Positions 59,596 to 64,000 of a DNA stretch of 64,000 bases are shown piece by piece. The position numbers and the translations under genes are program-made. Within the stretch, counting starts at the first letter, position 1; every line of letters begins with the position of its first letter. Source of the stretch: an uncultured Pelagibacteraceae bacterium. Lineage in GTDB: Bacteria; Pseudomonadota; Alphaproteobacteria; Pelagibacterales; Pelagibacteraceae. The notes under the pieces are model-generated. The model searched no databases, had not been told where the DNA came from, and was given only the letters and a program-made list of their open reading frames with translations. The stretch is taken from the NCBI GenBank assembly GCA_902553555.1, contig CACDLE010000001.1:96965-160964 (forward strand), read 5' to 3'.

Positions 59596-60182
59596 TTTTT
59601 TAAATTTACATTTACTTGGTTCTCGTTGTACATTGAAATATCCAAAGTTTGTTTTGCAATATTCAATACTAAAATATCAGAAGAAAAATTTCCATCTAAA
59701 CTTTTCCCCTCTACGTTTCCGTAAATATTTATTATCTTCTTAAGATTAAAATAGTCAAGATTATCAGAATAAATTATATTTTCTGCCTGAGTAACCTTAA
59801 CATTTTCTCTAAACTCCATATCGTTAGTCTTGTTATTATAAGTTCCCTTATCACCGTAAACATTCAGTTCTTTTCCATCTTTAAAATAAAAAATTGCATT
59901 CATGCCGGCCATTTTGATTAGTTCGGGTTTATCTTTTTCAAAAGTGGCAAAATCAGATTTTAAAAGATATCGATTACCGTTTGCGTCGATTCCTCTGTAC
60001 TCAACGTTTTCAAAGAAATTTTCCTGAGCTTCTTCTTGATTGGTTATATCACTTGATATTTCTGATGTTGTTCTCAAATCGTTTTGATCGTTTCCTTTGT
60101 AGTAGAAAATGTATGCAAGGATTATTGCAATAGTTGTTAATATTATTTGAATTATTAATAATCTTTTTTTTCTATAACTCAT
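59592..60182 (-). CDS. lptC: LPS export protein LptC-like
   Basis: Single N-terminal TM, beta-jellyroll-like repeats, between kdsD and lptB. Confidence 0.75.
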   Translation of the reverse strand: MSYRKKRLLIIQIILTTIAIILAYIFYYKGNDQNDLRTTSEISSDITNQEEAQENFFENVEYRGIDANGNRYLLKSDFATFEKDKPELIKMAGMNAIFYFKDGKELNVYGDKGTYNNKTNDMEFRENVKVTQAENIIYSDNLDYFNLKKIINIYGNVEGKSLDGNFSSDILVLNIAKQTLDISMYNENQVNVNLKK

Positions 60183-61165
60183 TTTATACCGTGTTGTAAT
60201 ATGGAGTGTATATGCACTATTCCTTTAAGGTCTTTTAATTTGTGCTTACTATTTAAATTTTTTTCTGACGTGACTAATAAACTTGTTATTCTATGTTTAT
60301 TCATTAGTGATAGAGCTAGAGAAGCTGTAGAATTTTCAGATATAAATTTGGGTCTTGTGTTCATATGTTTTTTTAAACTATCGTTCTTGGTGTTATACTT
60401 TAAACTTCTTCTAGTATCTCCATCCGTCAATAGTCCAACTACTTTATTTTTATCTGTTATTACAACAAGTCCAAGTTTGTGCTTCGTAATCTTTTTGGAA
60501 GCTGATTGGATGCTATTATTAATTTTAATTCTTGGAATTTTTTTACCAGAAAGCATGATATCTTTTACTAATAATAATGTTTGACCAATATTGCCACCTG
60601 GATGAAAAACTTTAAACCTTTCTTTGGAGAATTTAATTTTACTCATTAATGCAACGGCTAAACAGTCTCCTAATAGTAAAGTAATACTTGTGCTTGATGT
60701 AGGAACCATTCCTGTTGGATCAGCTTCTTTTACTTTTGGAATTAGTATTTTAATATCACTTGCTTGTAGTAAAACACTATCAGGTTTCGAGGCCATACCA
60801 ATTACTTTAATATTAAATCTATTTGCGTATTTTAACATATTCGATAGCTCAGTTGTGTTGCCTGAATATGAAAACACTAGCAATAAATCTTTTTTATCAA
60901 TTTGTCCAAGATCACCATGATTAGCTTCACTAGGACTTAAAAAAAAAGATGATACACCCACTGAAGATAGCGTTGCTGAGATTTTCCTAGCTATTAGTCC
61001 TGACTTACCAACACCAGCGCATATTACTTTGCCCTTACATGAGTAAATTGAATCTACGGCCCTTTTAAAAGAATAGTTAAATACTTTATTAATTTTTTTC
61101 AATTCTGAAATTTGCTTTTCTGCAGACTTTTTTGCTAATTTTATATAATTATTTTTTTTCATCAA
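60179..61165 (-). CDS. kdsD: Arabinose-5-phosphate isomerase (KpsF/GutQ)
   Basis: GVGKSG, EANHGDLG, SYSG, PTSS, FHPGG, CBS pair. Confidence 0.95.
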   Translation of the reverse strand: MMKKNNYIKLAKKSAEKQISELKKINKVFNYSFKRAVDSIYSCKGKVICAGVGKSGLIARKISATLSSVGVSSFFLSPSEANHGDLGQIDKKDLLLVFSYSGNTTELSNMLKYANRFNIKVIGMASKPDSVLLQASDIKILIPKVKEADPTGMVPTSSTSITLLLGDCLAVALMSKIKFSKERFKVFHPGGNIGQTLLLVKDIMLSGKKIPRIKINNSIQSASKKITKHKLGLVVITDKNKVVGLLTDGDTRRSLKYNTKNDSLKKHMNTRPKFISENSTASLALSLMNKHRITSLLVTSEKNLNSKHKLKDLKGIVHIHSILQHGIK

Positions 61166-61788
61166 TGTTCGAAAATATCAAATCTAAAACCGTTCTGATC
61201 TAACTCTACTCTTGTATCTAAAAAACCCATACATTTTTTGAACAAATCCATTCTTTTTTCTCTAATCAACATTTTTTCTAACTGAGATTTAATTTTGTGT
61301 AAATAAATTACATCGTTAGCAGCATATTCCAATTGTTTATCGCTCAACTCTTCTATATCTTTATTCCAATCACTGCTACCATATCTTTTATCTAAACTTT
61401 TATTACAAAACTCTCTAACGAGATCTTTGAGCCCATGATTTGAGTCATACGTTCTTATAATTTTACTAGCAATTTTCGTGCAAAAAATATTTCTCAATTT
61501 ACATTTAAAAAAATACTCTAAGGCACTTTTATCAAATCTAAGGAAATGACCTATTTTTAAGATTTTTTCATTTTCTAAGAGTGATACTAAGTTAGGAGCT
61601 TTATAATTATTTCTATCTGGCTGAATAATATAAACCTCTCCATCTTTTTCGCACAGTTGAACCAGACTAAGTTTATCTCTCTCCGGAATTTTTAGTCCTG
61701 TCGCTTCACAATCAAGCGATATGGATCCTTTAAATGAATTAGCTATTTTGGGAGTAATGTCGCCTTTTATTCTATGAATTTTTACCAT
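61162..61788 (-). CDS. rnd: Ribonuclease D-like 3'-5' exonuclease (short alphaproteobacterial form)
   Basis: DCEATGL, LVQL, CTKIASK, SSDW, YAANDV, DIFEH. Confidence 0.9.
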   Translation of the reverse strand: MVKIHRIKGDITPKIANSFKGSISLDCEATGLKIPERDKLSLVQLCEKDGEVYIIQPDRNNYKAPNLVSLLENEKILKIGHFLRFDKSALEYFFKCKLRNIFCTKIASKIIRTYDSNHGLKDLVREFCNKSLDKRYGSSDWNKDIEELSDKQLEYAANDVIYLHKIKSQLEKMLIREKRMDLFKKCMGFLDTRVELDQNGFRFDIFEH

Positions 61789-61802
61789 ATTATCTAACTA
61801 CC

Positions 61803-62750
61803 ATGAACAATTACAAAATAGCAACTATCCTAGGTGGAGGTGGATTTATAGGACGATATTGCGTTAGAAATTTGGCGAATAAACAATTTAGATGCATTAT
61901 ACCGACTAGAAAAGCCTTTCAAAAGGGCTACCTCAAGACCCAAGCCCCACCTGGTTACGTTGAACTAATTGACTTTAATTCAAATAACTTTGACAAAATA
62001 GAGGAAGCTATCAGTAATTCAGACGCTGTAATTAATTTAATAGGCATTTTATATGAAAACAGAAAACAAAAATTCTCAAAAATACACTCCGATATTCCAG
62101 ATATTATTTCAAGATTATGCGAAAAACATAAAGTAAAAAAATATATTCATGTTTCGGCGATTGGATCTAACAAAGATTCAAAGTCTGCATACCAAAGATC
62201 TAAATTTGCAGGAGAAGAAAAATCTCTTATGAACTTTAAAAATACAGTAATTTTAAGACCAAGTGTTGTATGTGGGCCAGAAGATAACTTCACCAACCTA
62301 TTTGCTAAATTGAGCTTTTCACCAATAATTCCAATTGTTGGCATAAATTACAAGTTTCAACCAATAATGGTCACAGATGTAGCTGATGCTATAGTTAAAG
62401 CTATTGGGATAAAAAATAATGAGGGAAAAATTTATGAATTAGGTGGTCCCAAAATTATAAGTTTTGGTGACATGGTAAAATCAATTATGGAAACTATTGG
62501 AAAAAAAAGATTTGTGATAGGAATGCCAATGTCTATCGCAAAAATACAAAGTACACTTTTAAGCTTATTACCTTTTCCTCCCATATTAACAAGAGACCAA
62601 TGTGAAATTTTAACTGAAGCAGACAACGTAGTATCAAACAACAAATTAGATATAAAAGATTTAAATATAAATCCAAAAGACGTAGAGGAAAAAATGTCTA
62701 CTTGGTTATACCGCTACCGTTCTGGCGGTCAATTCGCAAAGGTTAAGTAA
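61803..62750 (+). CDS. Complex I NDUFA9-family SDR protein
   Basis: GGGGFIG, VINLIGIL, YQRSK, RPSVV, FQPI, YELGGP. Confidence 0.92.
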   Translation: MNNYKIATILGGGGFIGRYCVRNLANKQFRCIIPTRKAFQKGYLKTQAPPGYVELIDFNSNNFDKIEEAISNSDAVINLIGILYENRKQKFSKIHSDIPDIISRLCEKHKVKKYIHVSAIGSNKDSKSAYQRSKFAGEEKSLMNFKNTVILRPSVVCGPEDNFTNLFAKLSFSPIIPIVGINYKFQPIMVTDVADAIVKAIGIKNNEGKIYELGGPKIISFGDMVKSIMETIGKKRFVIGMPMSIAKIQSTLLSLLPFPPILTRDQCEILTEADNVVSNNKLDIKDLNINPKDVEEKMSTWLYRYRSGGQFAKVK

Positions 62751-62758
62751 TATAATTA

Positions 62759-64000
62759 ATGGAAAATTTATTTAACTTTTTCCTAAAGGTTGTAACAACA
62801 TTACTTATAGAAGAAGCTCTGGTTTTTTTCCCTTTAATATTTTTATTTTTTTTCTCTATTTTTACTTTTAAGCATAAAAAAAATTTAAATTTATTCTTAA
62901 AAGGACTGATTTATTTTTTTCCAATAATATACATTTTTTACGTATATTCTTATCTTCCAGATTATTTTTCATCCCTAGGCCAAGATTCTCTATTAGAAGC
63001 GAAATATCCTGATTTTGGCGAAGTTGTTTTTTTTCTCAAAAGTTTTTTCATGTCACTTTTTGATCCTGAAATTTTTAAAAGAAATAGATTTTGGTTGGTA
63101 TTATTAAGCTCTATAATTAGTTCACTATCATTATTTATAATTTTCCAAATTTATTATAATAAGAATAAACTACTAATTACCTACTACAATAAATTTTTTA
63201 ATTATTCATTCTTATTTGTTTCATTAATAGTCCTTGGTTCATTTGCAAATTTAGCATTAATAAGTATTAATTCTGGAAAAGAATTAAAAAAATACGAGAA
63301 AGAGTTTAAAGAAGATTTATCTAATTATTCTGTTCATCGCAAAAAAAAGGATGATCTAATTGTAGTAACGTACATCGGAGAAAGCACAACTCCATTAAAC
63401 ATGCAAGTTTATGGATATCCATTTGATAACACCCCCTGGTTAAAATCAAAATCTAAAGATAAGAATTTTCTGTTGTTTAGCAATGTTTATGCTACCGCAA
63501 CCCATACAGCTCCGTCATTAATAGATGCTTTATCAATTTGTACAAAAAATTGCGATAGCTTTAGCTTAATTGAAAAAAAACATATCGCCTTAACTGATAT
63601 TGGAACTGCATTAGATATAGAAACTCAACTCTATAGTACCCAAGGTAGTCTAGGAGGTCATAATCTTGCATCAAAGTTGGTTTTAGACACTAATATTAAA
63701 TTTCATCAAGAAAGCAAGGAAGAAAAATTACTAGGCAACCGATACGCTCCCAAAATAAAAGATAAAGAATTCTTTGATAAAAATTATTGCAAAAATGATA
63801 AAGTTTTTAGGAACAATAAACCAAATTTAATTTTTTTACATTCTTATGCTGGTCACGGTCTTTATGGTGGATATTCAGGATATATAGACAAAGGAATTAA
63901 ATTTTCATATCCAAATTATATTAATAAAAATAATTTATTAGGAAAAAATTCTTCAAATTTTAACTTGTTAAAAGAATATGACACTGCAATAAAATATATT
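62759..64000 (+). CDS. Partial membrane-bound phosphoethanolamine-transferase/sulfatase-like protein (runs off the window)
   Basis: Hand translation from ATG 62759: hydrophobic N-terminus, then in-frame YIGESTT...YGYPFDNTP, ATHTAPSL, FLHSYAGH, EYDTAI; I found no stop in the parts translated. Confidence 0.8.
   Translation, partial: MENLFNFFLKVVTTLLIEEALVFFPLIFLFFFSIFTFKHKKNLNLFLKGLIYFFPIIYIFYVYSYLPDYFSSLGQDSLLEAKYPDFGEVVFFLKSFFMSLFDPEIFKRNRFWLVLLSSIISSLSLFIIFQIYYNKNKLLITYYNKFFNYSFLFVSLIVLGSFANLALISINSGKELKKYEKEFKEDLSNYSVHRKKKDDLIVVTYIGESTTPLNMQVYGYPFDNTPWLKSKSKDKNFLLFSNVYATATHTAPSLIDALSICTKNCDSFSLIEKKHIALTDIGTALDIETQLYSTQGSLGGHNLASKLVLDTNIKFHQESKEEKLLGNRYAPKIKDKEFFDKNYCKNDKVFRNNKPNLIFLHSYAGHGLYGGYSGYIDKGIKFSYPNYINKNNLLGKNSSNFNLLKEYDTAIKYI

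Noticed and set aside
2693-62644. Many short ORFs in the track lying opposite or inside long genes (e.g. 2693-3016, 4386-4706, 30076-30510, 55138-55446, 60201-60584)
   Set aside because: Antisense or alternate-frame shadows of well-supported genes, with no motifs or RBS

Overview
Very AT-rich, tightly packed alphaproteobacterial chromosome segment starting at dnaA. Gene content, tiny intergenic spacers and K/I/N-rich proteins suggest a streamlined SAR11/Pelagibacterales genome (inference, not searched). Most of it is core genes: dnaA-dnaN-gyrB, regB/regA split by a polyamine operon, polA, chvIG-ahcY-tsaE-amgK-murU, an RND pump, purEK, rmuC-sbcB-trxA, and a long minus-strand rnd-kdsD-lptCB-aroA-cmk-rpsA-IHF-pyrF-trpFBA-accD-folC run. 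I saw no rRNA, tRNA, CRISPR array, integrase or transposase. The best candidate for a new system is a small stand-alone unit at about 46013-46344: a sigma70-like promoter, two head-to-tail 24-nt RNA units that each fold as an H-type pseudoknot with three compensatory base-pair changes between them, a strong RBS, a 63-aa basic protein and a 3' hairpin. Other notable items: an RpoH promoter plus ROSE-like thermometer on hsp20, an RpoH-like promoter on regA, a hairpin-less RND adaptor, trpFBA with rewritten active-site motifs, small membrane ORFs missed by the ORF track (one with its RBS locked in a 14-bp hairpin), one frameshifted gene, and a partial phosphoethanolamine-transferase-like gene at the right edge.
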